A stretch of 53,374 bases of DNA, taken from a virus. Made by a program: the position numbers and the translations under genes. This document shows positions 29,460 to 38,237 of the stretch, piece by piece. The notes beneath the pieces were generated by a model. It was not told the origin of the DNA, ran no database searches, and saw nothing but the letters and a program-made list of their open reading frames with translations. The first letter of the stretch is position 1. Each line of letters starts with the position of its first letter. The stretch is from the IMG/VR virus record IMGVR_UViG_3300025009_000019; one strand, written 5' to 3'.

Positions 29460-29786
29460 TTATAAAGCTGCAATTAGTTCATTCAATTTATCGGAATCTT
29501 TTATCGTATACCATAAATCTTTTAATTCTTTTTTGGTTTCTTTTAATTCCTTTTCAATTTTGGACTGTTTTGGATTTTCTATTTCAGCGTTAAAATATTC
29601 AACAGCTTGATTTTCTTGCATAAATTCACGGAAAATCTTTCCATTATGCCATATTTGAATTCCTCCGTAATATGTTAATCGCATCTCTTTTTCCGTTGCC
29701 GGACATATTGCAAACCGCATAGTTTCGTTGTTCTTATATTTATGAATGTCTTTTACTTCTAGTTTTAATTTTTCTAATTTGCTCAT
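29460..29786 (-). CDS. Hypothetical protein
   Basis: 108-aa ORF. Confidence 0.45.
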   Translation of the reverse strand: MSKLEKLKLEVKDIHKYKNNETMRFAICPATEKEMRLTYYGGIQIWHNGKIFREFMQENQAVEYFNAEIENPKQSKIEKELKETKKELKDLWYTIKDSDKLNELIAAL

Positions 29787-29983
29787 TTTATTACAAGGTT
29801 TTTATTTTGAAACAATTTATTTCGTCTTAACTCAATTAATTTAGCTCTACAAACTGCATAAGGTACGTTTTTAACGATTATCTCACTACCATAGTATAAA
29901 CACCATAGCAATTTACTTTTAGGCTTTTTAAACGGCTTAAATATTCGTTTGTATGTTTCTGCGTAGTCGTTACTCGTTTCCAT
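29783..29983 (-). CDS. Small hypothetical protein
   Basis: 66-aa ORF. Confidence 0.4.
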   Translation of the reverse strand: METSNDYAETYKRIFKPFKKPKSKLLWCLYYGSEIIVKNVPYAVCRAKLIELRRNKLFQNKNLVIK

Positions 29984-30278
29984 TTGTTTGTTTTAAATCT
30001 AAAATTCTCAATCCTAGAGTGTAAGATTTATAGTTGATTTCATCTTCATTTTTTGAGTTATCGTCTTGCCATCGCAATATCTGATTTTTCGGCTGGCGAG
30101 TATTAATATCTAACACAATATCAGGCATATTAAAATAGTATGTTTCATTAAACGAGGCACAGCTCCCGACATCGTCTCCAATCCAAAAATCAAAGTCTAA
30201 ATCATGTTTATAAGCGAATCTCGCAACATACTCATTACATAGGTTTTCGTACTGTTTTTTAAGTTCATTTAGCTTCAT
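29970..30278 (-). CDS. Hypothetical protein
   Basis: 102-aa ORF. Confidence 0.45.
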   Translation of the reverse strand: MKLNELKKQYENLCNEYVARFAYKHDLDFDFWIGDDVGSCASFNETYYFNMPDIVLDINTRQPKNQILRWQDDNSKNEDEINYKSYTLGLRILDLKQTNGNE

Positions 30279-30362
30279 TTTAGTTTAAATTTAAGTGGTC
30301 GTTTTTTTCGTAGCATATCCAGCATACTAATACTGATATTACTATTTTAGCTAGTAGTGGTA

Positions 30363-31043
30363 TCATAATTTAATTTCGTTTTCGTTGTAAAATAGTTCGT
30401 TTATAACCTTTCTACATTCAATTACTCTTTGTTCAATCTTTTTAATATCTGATTCGTTTCGTTCAATGTCGAAAGATTTAATCTTAAATTTATCGTCAAT
30501 ATCAGGATATGTCATTTTATCGTGAAACTGTTTGTAAATTTCTAAGTCTAATTCATCGTAACCATTCGCATAACAATATCGTTTTGCTTCGCTTAAAATT
30601 AAGTGTTCAGGCGTGTCTGTAAGTGTATATATTAATTTAGCTTTACTTTTACCAGTTAACCACATATATCCTTGTAATTGCCAATAATAAACATCGTTTG
30701 GCACTTCATTCTCAAAGAATGGAAATGTAAAGCAACTCCATGAGTTTTTGACATCAATTATTAAATCATCAATTATAATATCCGGTTCACCTTTGCAAAA
30801 TTCGTTTTCAAACTTTTTATCGTTTTTCAAAAGTAATGGATAACCTAAATAATTAGCAATCATATCAATACCTTCGTCTTCATTTTCTTTTCCTTTTTGG
30901 GTATATTTAGACGTAAACTCATTTCTGCGATTGAATATTTGTTCTATTAACCATTCTTTGCAATATGTTTCGCCTGTTTTGCCAAGTCCTTTTATCCCCA
31001 TTATTTTAGAAATGGAGCTACATCTTATCTTAAAGTCGTTCAT
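30363..31043 (-). CDS. YqaJ/lambda-exonuclease-like PD-(D/E)xK recombination exonuclease
   Basis: Motifs KGKENEDEGI...GEPDIIIDDLIIDVKNS. Confidence 0.55.
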   Translation of the reverse strand: MNDFKIRCSSISKIMGIKGLGKTGETYCKEWLIEQIFNRRNEFTSKYTQKGKENEDEGIDMIANYLGYPLLLKNDKKFENEFCKGEPDIIIDDLIIDVKNSWSCFTFPFFENEVPNDVYYWQLQGYMWLTGKSKAKLIYTLTDTPEHLILSEAKRYCYANGYDELDLEIYKQFHDKMTYPDIDDKFKIKSFDIERNESDIKKIEQRVIECRKVINELFYNENEIKL

Positions 31044-31045
31044 AA

Positions 31046-31510
31046 TTATTTCGTTAAAATGGTTTCGACTTCTTTACTTATATCATACTTTGCACGCCAT
31101 TGTTCTACGGTATATTGTTTATCTTCAATAGTTTTTTTAATCGAAGCAAATTTAGCGTGTTTTTCATTTAAAACCTCTTTAGTTGGCTTTTCAGGTCTTA
31201 TTCGTAAACATTCAACCGTTTCGCCTTTAAGCGATGCCGTAGTTATGTAAAGCGTAATTTCTTTATTTACCCAATCTTCAATATAAGGAGTTCCGTAAAT
31301 TTTAGAAATCATTTTCGCATTCGTTTTATTGATAATAAACGGCTTTTGACCTTTTAGATATGCAACTGTACATTCTTCTTTACGACCTCCGTCTCCTGTT
31401 ACTTGTTCTCTTATAACTTTTTCGATAGTTACTTTCATATCTTTACCATCAATAAGGCTATAAGCACCGATATAATTCGGGTTTGTGAGTTGTTTCCAAT
31501 GTGTTTTCAT
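31046..31510 (-). CDS. Hypothetical protein (in the position of a single-strand annealing or binding protein)
   Basis: 154-aa ORF coupled to the exonuclease gene. I could not read any diagnostic motif. Confidence 0.4.
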   Translation of the reverse strand: MKTHWKQLTNPNYIGAYSLIDGKDMKVTIEKVIREQVTGDGGRKEECTVAYLKGQKPFIINKTNAKMISKIYGTPYIEDWVNKEITLYITTASLKGETVECLRIRPEKPTKEVLNEKHAKFASIKKTIEDKQYTVEQWRAKYDISKEVETILTK

Positions 31511-31514
31511 AGTT

Positions 31515-31694
31515 TTATAGTTTGATTAGTTTTTTAGCATTTTCCACAGCAAGAAATTCAATAAATTCAGCTTTCGTGAACTTTTTGAGTTTTTGCTCTT
31601 TTTGTTTTGCGTTTACTTTTTTCAACGCTTCTTTGAAAATCGCATCGTTGAACTTCGATAGTTCTAGACGGATTGAAATTGTTTGTTTTGTCAT
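31515..31694 (-). CDS. 59-aa ribbon-helix-helix-like protein candidate
   Basis: Hand translation: MTKQTISIRLELSKFNDAIFKEALKK... Confidence 0.35.
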   Translation of the reverse strand: MTKQTISIRLELSKFNDAIFKEALKKVNAKQKEQKLKKFTKAEFIEFLAVENAKKLIKL

Positions 31695-31839
31695 AGTTTA
31701 ATTAGTTATGAAATTTCTTGTAGCCATTGGCTGTCATTTCCACTAAAGAATTGAAAGCTGATTCAATTCTTTCTTCAACTATTTTTTCCGCTTCTTTGTA
31801 TGTTAACTTTTTCATAGGTCTTAGTTTTAAATGTTTATA

Positions 31840-31871
31840 CGAAAGTACACAAAATAAAAATGTGTGTCAAA
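31840..31871 (-). promoter_or_regulatory. Bacteroidetes-type promoter (TTTG-N20-TACTTTCG) with its -33 box inside a palindromic operator
   Basis: In the minus sense, TTTG is at 31871-31868 and the -7 box at 31847-31840. The operator TGTGTCAAATTTTTAACACA (31863-31882) matches 21432-21451 at 19 of 20 positions. Confidence 0.4.
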
Positions 31872-31896
31872 TTTTTAACACACATTTTTTAATAGT

Positions 31897-31905
31897 TTTG
31901 ATGAA
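31897..31905 (-). promoter_or_regulatory. Variant TTCATCAAA motif copy
   Basis: Plus-strand TTTGATGAA, upstream (minus sense) of the promoter at 31840-31871. Confidence 0.35.
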
Positions 31906-31929
31906 CGTATTGTTTTTGGTAACAAATGG

Positions 31930-33213
31930 TTAAATTTTACTCAAATTGTCGTTAATAAATGTTGATGTTTTACCGAGTAATATTTTAACATTTTCTAAAA
32001 CTGCAACGGCTTCTTTGCTTGATAAAATAGGCATTTGCATGCTTGAAATTTGTTTTGCAAGTTCTGATAATTTTTCTTTGTCAGGTGCTAATTGTTTGGC
32101 TTTTAATTGTTTTTCTTCACGTTCTTTTTTGTCAGCTTCTTCTTTTAAGCGTTTGTTATTTTCAGCTTTTAAACGTGCATTTTCGTGATTTTGTTTACGA
32201 ATAATTTCGTCTTGTTTTGCTTTTTCTTCTTGTGCTTTTTTATCGTCAATTTCTTTTTGTTTTCTTGCTTTTTCCTGCTCTTGTTTATCAAATTCCCATT
32301 GTTGATTTGCTCCAATTTTTATATCGGAAAATTCTTTTTGATATTCTTTTTCGTCTAATATCAACATTTTATTATAATCTCTAACGAAATTAATATACGG
32401 TCGCAACTCGTTGGTTCTTTTAATATCACGCTCTTTTTTGTCTTCGGCTTCTTTTTTCAATCGCAAATTTTCAGCCTCAATTGCTTTTTGCTTTTCTTCG
32501 CGTGACGCTCTTTCTTTAATTGCTAAATTAACGATTTTTATAAATTCATCTTCGGAAATTTCGCCAAAATTTAAACTTTCGTAATTTTCAATAAACCCTA
32601 CTAACCGGATAGTTTTTGCTTTTCTTTCTTCGTTCAATTTTGCTTTTCGTTCAATTTCTAATCGTTCGGCTTCGGCTTGTTTTTCCGCTTCGATTTTTTT
32701 ATTATAATTTAATTCAACACCAGCAATGTAATTTTCAAACATATCGTTCGACATCGAGCCTAATCCTAAAGGTAAATCACTTGTAAATTTAGCAAGTCGT
32801 TCGCCTCGCTCAATCTCTAAATCTGCGATTCGTTGTTTTTCGATAGTTTCAAAATATTTTGCTTTTTCGGTCAATGGAGTTTCGTAACTTTCATTGATTT
32901 GATATTGTTGACGTTTTAAGGCATCGTAAAGTTGACCAGCACGCAAGAATACATCTTTCCCTACTTTATGCCAAACATCAATTCCTTGCGTTCTATTTTT
33001 TACGAATTTTTGATTTAATTCTTTAAATTTAACTATATTTTCTTTTGTTATTTCTAATTTTGACAAAACATTAAATTCGTCAATTAATAAATTTCTTTGT
33101 TCAATTACAACTGCTAATCCTGCTGTAATTTCAGTTAATTGATTTTCACTTAAATTGAATTTTTCAACCTCAACTGATTTTTTAATTTCTGCGATTAAGA
33201 TTTCTTGTTCCAT
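31930..33213 (-). CDS. Coiled-coil protein (DUF1351-like position in the recombination module)
   Basis: 427 aa with a Lys/Glu-rich C-terminal half. Confidence 0.4.
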   Translation of the reverse strand: MEQEILIAEIKKSVEVEKFNLSENQLTEITAGLAVVIEQRNLLIDEFNVLSKLEITKENIVKFKELNQKFVKNRTQGIDVWHKVGKDVFLRAGQLYDALKRQQYQINESYETPLTEKAKYFETIEKQRIADLEIERGERLAKFTSDLPLGLGSMSNDMFENYIAGVELNYNKKIEAEKQAEAERLEIERKAKLNEERKAKTIRLVGFIENYESLNFGEISEDEFIKIVNLAIKERASREEKQKAIEAENLRLKKEAEDKKERDIKRTNELRPYINFVRDYNKMLILDEKEYQKEFSDIKIGANQQWEFDKQEQEKARKQKEIDDKKAQEEKAKQDEIIRKQNHENARLKAENNKRLKEEADKKEREEKQLKAKQLAPDKEKLSELAKQISSMQMPILSSKEAVAVLENVKILLGKTSTFINDNLSKI

Positions 33214-33214
33214 T

Positions 33215-33523
33215 TTATTTTTTAGTTTTAGTTAATATATTTTCGTTTAAAAATACTTTGTTTTTACTTATGATATATTGGTAATCTTGCTTTGAAATGA
33301 AATTAAGCAATATCGTTAATTGTTCAATAAATTCTGAATCAGTTTGTAAATCAGGCATAGTAATTTCGATTCCGTTGTCGATTATTGCCATTATAAATTC
33401 GTTCGGATTGTCAAATACCCAATATTCAGAATAATACAGCGAATATTGGGTATAGCCTTTGTGTTTTTCAACAAGAATATTATACTCGTGAGAATCTTTT
33501 TTGTAAACTTTTACTACTTTCAT
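33215..33523 (-). CDS. Hypothetical protein
   Basis: 102-aa ORF. Confidence 0.45.
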   Translation of the reverse strand: MKVVKVYKKDSHEYNILVEKHKGYTQYSLYYSEYWVFDNPNEFIMAIIDNGIEITMPDLQTDSEFIEQLTILLNFISKQDYQYIISKNKVFLNENILTKTKK

Positions 33524-33574
33524 ATTTCTAATTTTACCGAAATTTAAATATTACGTTTTTATCTGCGAAATTTA

Positions 33575-33604
33575 TTTGACGAATGAATTTGATTATTTGA
33601 TGAA
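33575..33604 (-). promoter_or_regulatory. Two copies of the TTCGTCAAA / TTCATCAAA motif
   Basis: Plus-strand TTTGACGAA at 33575-83 and TTTGATGAA at 33596-604. Confidence 0.45.
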
Positions 33605-33608
33605 CGGA

Positions 33609-33836
33609 TTAAAACGGTAGTATTTCTCGCTCAGGTTTAAAAAGCATCGGTTTTAATTTAGTCAACGAAATAAACGTTTTTCCAAACCAATAACCAATAC
33701 ATCTATTATTATAAGATTGCTTTATTTGCCTATCGGTTTTTAAATTATATAGCAAATTATCGTTTCCAAATCCATAGCCGTCAACATCTTTTATTAACCA
33801 TTTTATTTTTATATGTTTTTCAATAGATAATTTCAT
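33609..33836 (-). CDS. 75-aa protein, possibly NUMOD4-like DNA-binding (start moved to MKLSIEKH)
   Basis: IKWLIKDVDGYGFGNDNLLYNLKTDRQIK loosely resembles the W..I.gy.gY.vS..G.v motif of homing-endonuclease N-terminal domains. The track ORF extended to 34049 runs through a non-coding element. Confidence 0.35.
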   Translation of the reverse strand: MKLSIEKHIKIKWLIKDVDGYGFGNDNLLYNLKTDRQIKQSYNNRCIGYWFGKTFISLTKLKPMLFKPEREILPF

Positions 33837-33879
33837 TGATACTGAATTGTTTATGACTTGGTAAACTTTCAACAACCAA

Positions 33880-34071
33880 CTTGTTAGGCACAAGCGGGTA
33901 CGATAAACGACCGTAGATAATTTTGCTGCAAAAAGACAAGAAAATGGAAACAGCCGACCCACAAAACAGCACATTTGCAAACCGCTCCAGCCGACACAAA
34001 ACCAAAGTTTGCAAAAGAGCTGTTTTCTTGCCGACGCACCCAAGCCCACCCACCACCCTATTGGATGACAA
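33880..34071 (-). ncRNA. Non-coding structured region E3: family-A-like hairpin plus box (33880-33925) and a G/U-rich (minus sense) element colinear with 38093-38237
   Basis: CTTGTTAGGCAC (33880-91) is the reverse complement of 38238-49. The 8-mers AGCACATT, CAAAACCA and AAAGAGCT occur in the same order as in E4. Confidence 0.45.
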
Positions 34072-34121
34072 GTTGAAAGACTGTTAATAAATTTTTGATA
34101 ATAGATACTTTTTATTTATAG

Positions 34122-34156
34122 GGACATATTATATTTGGACAATATTTGTCAGGACT
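34122..34156 (+). promoter_or_regulatory. Candidate C-box operator and -7 box upstream of the controller gene
   Basis: GGACATATTATATTTGGACAATATTTGTCAGGAC contains repeated GGACA, the inverted GACA-N5-TGTC, and TATATTTG (34130-37) matching TAnnTTTG. Confidence 0.35.
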
Positions 34157-34164
34157 AAAATGTT

Positions 34165-34479
34165 ATGATACAAAAAGAATCTTTTGGAGAGTTAATTAGA
34201 AAACTTAGGGAAGGTGAGGGACTTCCTCTTAGGAAAGTTGCAGCCCAGCTTGACATTGACCCATCGACACTTGGGAAAATAGAAAGAAATGAACGAACTG
34301 CGAATAAAGAAATGATTGAAAAATTGGGTGAAATTTTTTCAATAGACTCAGAACAACTACTAATCTCATTTTTGAGTGACAAAGTTGCTTTTGAATTAAT
34401 GAAAGAAGACTGTGCTAATGATGTCCTAAAGGTTGCAGAAGAGAAGGTTAAGTATTTTAAGAAGACAACTAAAATCTAA
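34165..34479 (+). CDS. XRE-family HTH controller (C) protein of the R-M island
   Basis: LRKVAAQLDIDPSTLGKIERNER is a classic HTH. It is the first gene of the only plus-strand operon. Confidence 0.6.
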   Translation: MIQKESFGELIRKLREGEGLPLRKVAAQLDIDPSTLGKIERNERTANKEMIEKLGEIFSIDSEQLLISFLSDKVAFELMKEDCANDVLKVAEEKVKYFKKTTKI

Positions 34480-34494
34480 TAGGTTCGAGTAAAA

Positions 34495-36831
34495 ATGACA
34501 GTAAAAGAAAAATCATATATTCTACAAGAAGAAGCTCCACAATTAATGGTTTCCGACCAACAATTGGAATTGTTTCGTGATTTGGAATTAGCAAAATACA
34601 ACGATAGTGATTTATATAACGGCAAATCTAAAAATAAATTAAATGTAGTTTCTCTATTTACTGGTGCTGGTGGGTTAGACATAGGTTTTAAAGAAGCAGG
34701 GTTTAACTGTGTATTTGCATCTGATATTATGCCTCAAGCAGAGACTACTTACAATTATAATTTTCCATCAACACCTTTCGTAAGAAAAGACGTCAGGTTG
34801 CTTTCTAAGGAAGAAATAGAGAATTTGATTGGTAAAAACAAAATTGATGTGCTAATTGGTGGACCTCCTTGTCAAGGTTTCTCAAATATGGGGAATAAAA
34901 ATTCATCAGACCCTAGAAATTATCTGTTTGAAAATTATGTGAAGATTGTGGAGACAATACAACCCAAATGTTTTCTTTTTGAAAATGTGAAAGGATTATT
35001 TACAATGTTTGAAGGTCGTTTTTTTGATAAAGTCGTAAATGCATTTTTAGAAATTGGTTATAATGTTTCTTACTCTATGATTGATTCGTCTAAATATGGC
35101 GTACCTCAAAAAAGGGAGAGGATAATAATTTTCGGTACTAAGATTAATAGGTCATTTAGATTCCCTAAACCAAATTCAAAATCATTTGGTAGAATAAGTG
35201 CCTTTTCAAATGTTGGTGAAGCTATAAACGATTTAATGCAACTAGAAAATAGATACCCAAATCATGTTCCATTAAATCACAATGAAATAGTTGTTCAAAG
35301 ATATAAACTTATCCCAGAAGGTGGAAAATTGCCAAAACCTGAGGAACTTCCTGAAGAAATTAGAAGGAAAAATTTTGGAAATACATACACAAGATTAAAC
35401 AGAAAGGAAGTCTCATCAACAATAGTTCCTGGCAATAATGCTTTACCTGTTCATCCAGTTTTAAATAGGAGTTTGACAGCTCGTGAAGCTGCAAGAATTC
35501 AAACGTTTCCTGATTATTTTATTTTTAGAGGGGATAGACGTTCCCAATGTATTCTTGTTGGTAATGCTGTGCCTCCATTACTTGCAGCCAAGTTGGCAGA
35601 ATGCGTTGCAAATTTTATTAATGAAATTGAATATGATGGAATAAGTCCTGATGGTCAAGCAAAAGTTGGCACTAAATTTTCTCGTCATAAAGTTAACACA
35701 GTAAAGAAAAATGGGCGTGCAAATTTAAAATTCGCTGATTTATTTAGTGGTGTTGGTGGTTTTACGCAAGGCTTAGAAGCTGCTGGACTTGAATGTGTTT
35801 TAGGTGCAGATTTTGATGAATATGCTGTTGAAGCATATCGTAGAAACCATTCTTCCCATGAATGTTTGAAAATAGACCTAGCTGACCCTAAAAATCAAAA
35901 GATAGTAGCTGATAGGTTGAAAAAAGAAAAAGTTGATTTAATAGTTGGAGGGCCTCCTTGTCAAGGATTTTCTATTTTTGGGAAAAGACGATTTGTAAAC
36001 ACAAAGAATCATGATTTAAAAAAAGACAAAAGAAACGATTTGGTGTTTGCATTTGCAAATATTGTAATAAGGTCAAATGCAAACTGGTTTATTATGGAAA
36101 ATGTTCCAGGTATTCTTTCAGCACATAGTGGTTCTTATGTTGAGGAAGTAAGAAATTATTTTTTAAAACATAAATATAAAACGGAAATAAAAATCATAAA
36201 TGCAGCAGATTATGGTGTTCCTCAGTTGAGAAAGCGCTTTATTTTGTTTGGTACTAAGACAGACCTCATGATTCCATTTCCAAAACCAAAATATTTTGAA
36301 ACACCTGAATCATGGCAACTGCCATACAGAACAGTTGGTGAAGTTTTAACTGACTTATCTAACGAAAAAACATTAGGCAAATATCAAAATCATTTTGCAC
36401 CAAACCATTCTCCAATAATTGTGGAAAGATTTTCATACATAAAAGAAGGACAAAAATTGGAAATTGAATCTTTACCAGAACACTTGAAGAATGGTACTAA
36501 GACTGGCAAACCAATGGCAAACTACAGTCATGTTTTTAAACGTTTACATAGGAAAAAACCTGCTGGCACTATTGTTCCTGGTCATAATGCATTCCCTGTT
36601 CATCCAACATTAAATAGAACTTTAACTGTGAGGGAAGCTGCAAGAATTCAAACGTTTCCAGATAATTATGAATTTGTTGGTCCAATAATAAATCAATGTT
36701 TACAAGTAGGTAATGCTTTCCCTTGTTTAGTCGCTCAAATTTTTGGGGAAAGGCTTAGAACAGTAATAAATAAAGAATGGAGTGAAGAAAGTGCGACTCA
36801 TTTAGCTAAATACTCAATGTTAGAAAAATAA
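34495..36831 (+). CDS. Fused double C5-cytosine DNA methyltransferase (two complete Dcm-like domains)
   Basis: Domain 1: FTGAGGLDIGF, GGPPCQGFS, FENVKGL, QKRERIIIFG, GNAVPP. Domain 2: FSGVGGFTQGL, GGPPCQGFS, MENVPGI, QLRKRFILFG, GNAFPC. Confidence 0.85.
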   Translation: MTVKEKSYILQEEAPQLMVSDQQLELFRDLELAKYNDSDLYNGKSKNKLNVVSLFTGAGGLDIGFKEAGFNCVFASDIMPQAETTYNYNFPSTPFVRKDVRLLSKEEIENLIGKNKIDVLIGGPPCQGFSNMGNKNSSDPRNYLFENYVKIVETIQPKCFLFENVKGLFTMFEGRFFDKVVNAFLEIGYNVSYSMIDSSKYGVPQKRERIIIFGTKINRSFRFPKPNSKSFGRISAFSNVGEAINDLMQLENRYPNHVPLNHNEIVVQRYKLIPEGGKLPKPEELPEEIRRKNFGNTYTRLNRKEVSSTIVPGNNALPVHPVLNRSLTAREAARIQTFPDYFIFRGDRRSQCILVGNAVPPLLAAKLAECVANFINEIEYDGISPDGQAKVGTKFSRHKVNTVKKNGRANLKFADLFSGVGGFTQGLEAAGLECVLGADFDEYAVEAYRRNHSSHECLKIDLADPKNQKIVADRLKKEKVDLIVGGPPCQGFSIFGKRRFVNTKNHDLKKDKRNDLVFAFANIVIRSNANWFIMENVPGILSAHSGSYVEEVRNYFLKHKYKTEIKIINAADYGVPQLRKRFILFGTKTDLMIPFPKPKYFETPESWQLPYRTVGEVLTDLSNEKTLGKYQNHFAPNHSPIIVERFSYIKEGQKLEIESLPEHLKNGTKTGKPMANYSHVFKRLHRKKPAGTIVPGHNAFPVHPTLNRTLTVREAARIQTFPDNYEFVGPIINQCLQVGNAFPCLVAQIFGERLRTVINKEWSEESATHLAKYSMLEK

Positions 36832-36835
36832 TATT

Positions 36836-38092
36836 ATGTCAGTAAATCATCATCTTCTTGCAAAAGCAACAACTGATTCAGTTTTAGCAAATTTTAAATC
36901 AGGTGCATGGAAATGTTGCACAGATGTAGGTTTAGATTTTTATAGAGTTGGTTGTGATAGCAGTTTCCCTTCTCCTGATGCAGCCTTCTACGATGATGCA
37001 AAAAAGTTAATGGTAACATTTGAGTTCAAGCCACCCACAGAAACTAAAAGAGGTATTTTGACGGGGTTGGGTCAATCTATTGCATATTTAAATAGTAGCA
37101 ACTTGTCATACCTTATTGTGCCACAAACATTAGAGGATTATGATATTGGTGGCTACATGACAAATTTATATCAAAACCAAATTGAAGAAAGTCTACCAGT
37201 CGGTTTAATTGTTTATGAGAACAATGCACCAACAAAAGTTTCGCTTATTCATAATGTAAATACTCTAACTAAAACAAAGGAATTTAAAGCTATAGCAAGT
37301 GGTAGGTTTTGGGCAAAACACTTAGATATGCCAATACCTTTATTTCATTTAATTCTCCATTGCTATTATTTAAAAAAAATAGGCCAAATTACTGGCGATG
37401 CATTTGCTTATTGTTGGGAAACATATTTAGTTCCAAATAGTGTTTTAAAAACATTAACTCCAACTGCAATTAAGGATATGAATGGAGATTTCATTGAAAC
37501 TTTGTCTGGAAGAAAGAATATTATCTTTTTTGAGAAGAAAATAGCAGCACTTAAAAAGTTATCTGGAGCAACTAAAGGAAAGGCTATAGCAGACTTACGA
37601 CAAGATGCTGATACATCATTTATTGGAGATAATTATTACAATTCTATTAAGAAAAATTTTGTTACATTTTTAAAACATATTGGAGTAGTTGATTCAATTG
37701 GTCATTTAACAGAGGAGGGTTTTAAACTTTATCATTTAGGCTTAGTTAATGGTCCAAACAGTAAAATATTCCAAGACTACTTTACACAAACGGTTTTAAT
37801 TACTGGTCACCATTTAGATTTGATTTTTGATTTGGACAACTTATGTAATCAATTCAGGGGCAAATATGAGATTATGAAAATCAGAGAAATAATGCTGGAA
37901 GATTATGAGGCGAGAGGAATGATTAAAAGAAATCCAAATAGAAAAGCTGGTGATGAAAGTAAGGTTGAGTTTCTAAAATATGAATTTATTTTATGGAATT
38001 CATTAAATTTAACAGTAAAGACAAATGGTACACCTGATGTTTCTTTTAATTGGAAAAAAATAACAGAAGTTTGTTCTATGCCTGATTTATAA
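36836..38092 (+). CDS. Restriction endonuclease candidate (N-terminal PD-ExK motif)
   Basis: SPDAAFYDDAKKLMVTFEFKPP gives D...ExK. It starts 4 nt downstream of the methyltransferase stop. Confidence 0.5.
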   Translation: MSVNHHLLAKATTDSVLANFKSGAWKCCTDVGLDFYRVGCDSSFPSPDAAFYDDAKKLMVTFEFKPPTETKRGILTGLGQSIAYLNSSNLSYLIVPQTLEDYDIGGYMTNLYQNQIEESLPVGLIVYENNAPTKVSLIHNVNTLTKTKEFKAIASGRFWAKHLDMPIPLFHLILHCYYLKKIGQITGDAFAYCWETYLVPNSVLKTLTPTAIKDMNGDFIETLSGRKNIIFFEKKIAALKKLSGATKGKAIADLRQDADTSFIGDNYYNSIKKNFVTFLKHIGVVDSIGHLTEEGFKLYHLGLVNGPNSKIFQDYFTQTVLITGHHLDLIFDLDNLCNQFRGKYEIMKIREIMLEDYEARGMIKRNPNRKAGDESKVEFLKYEFILWNSLNLTVKTNGTPDVSFNWKKITEVCSMPDL

Positions 38093-38237
38093 GCCCACGC
38101 TTCGTAGTCAAGCACATTGGCTGGTCGCACAAAAATCCAACACGCGACCAAAACCAGCCAAAGAGCTTGCCTACCCAAACGCACGTGGAAACATTGCAGC
38201 AAATTGACAGATAAAATGATAAAAATAAAAATCGCCA
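38093..38237 (-). ncRNA. Non-coding structured region E4, colinear with part of E3
   Basis: Hairpin GGTCGC-N15-GCGACC nested in CTGG/CCAG. Shares ordered 8-mers with 33968-34021. An AT-rich tract at 38195-38235 follows the E5 stem in the minus sense, giving a terminator-like U-run. Confidence 0.4.

Noticed and set aside
33609-34071. Long minus-strand ORFs of 146 aa (33609..34049) and 83 aa (33820..34071)
   Set aside because: Their upstream parts run through the G/U-rich structured element E3 and translate to Trp/Cys/Gly/Phe-rich sequence. A sensible 75-aa protein starts at the internal Met at 33836.
37903-38202. 99-aa minus-strand ORF overlapping the 3' end of the nuclease gene and E4
   Set aside because: It is antisense to a well-supported CDS and extends into the non-coding repeat. 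Its composition looks non-coding.
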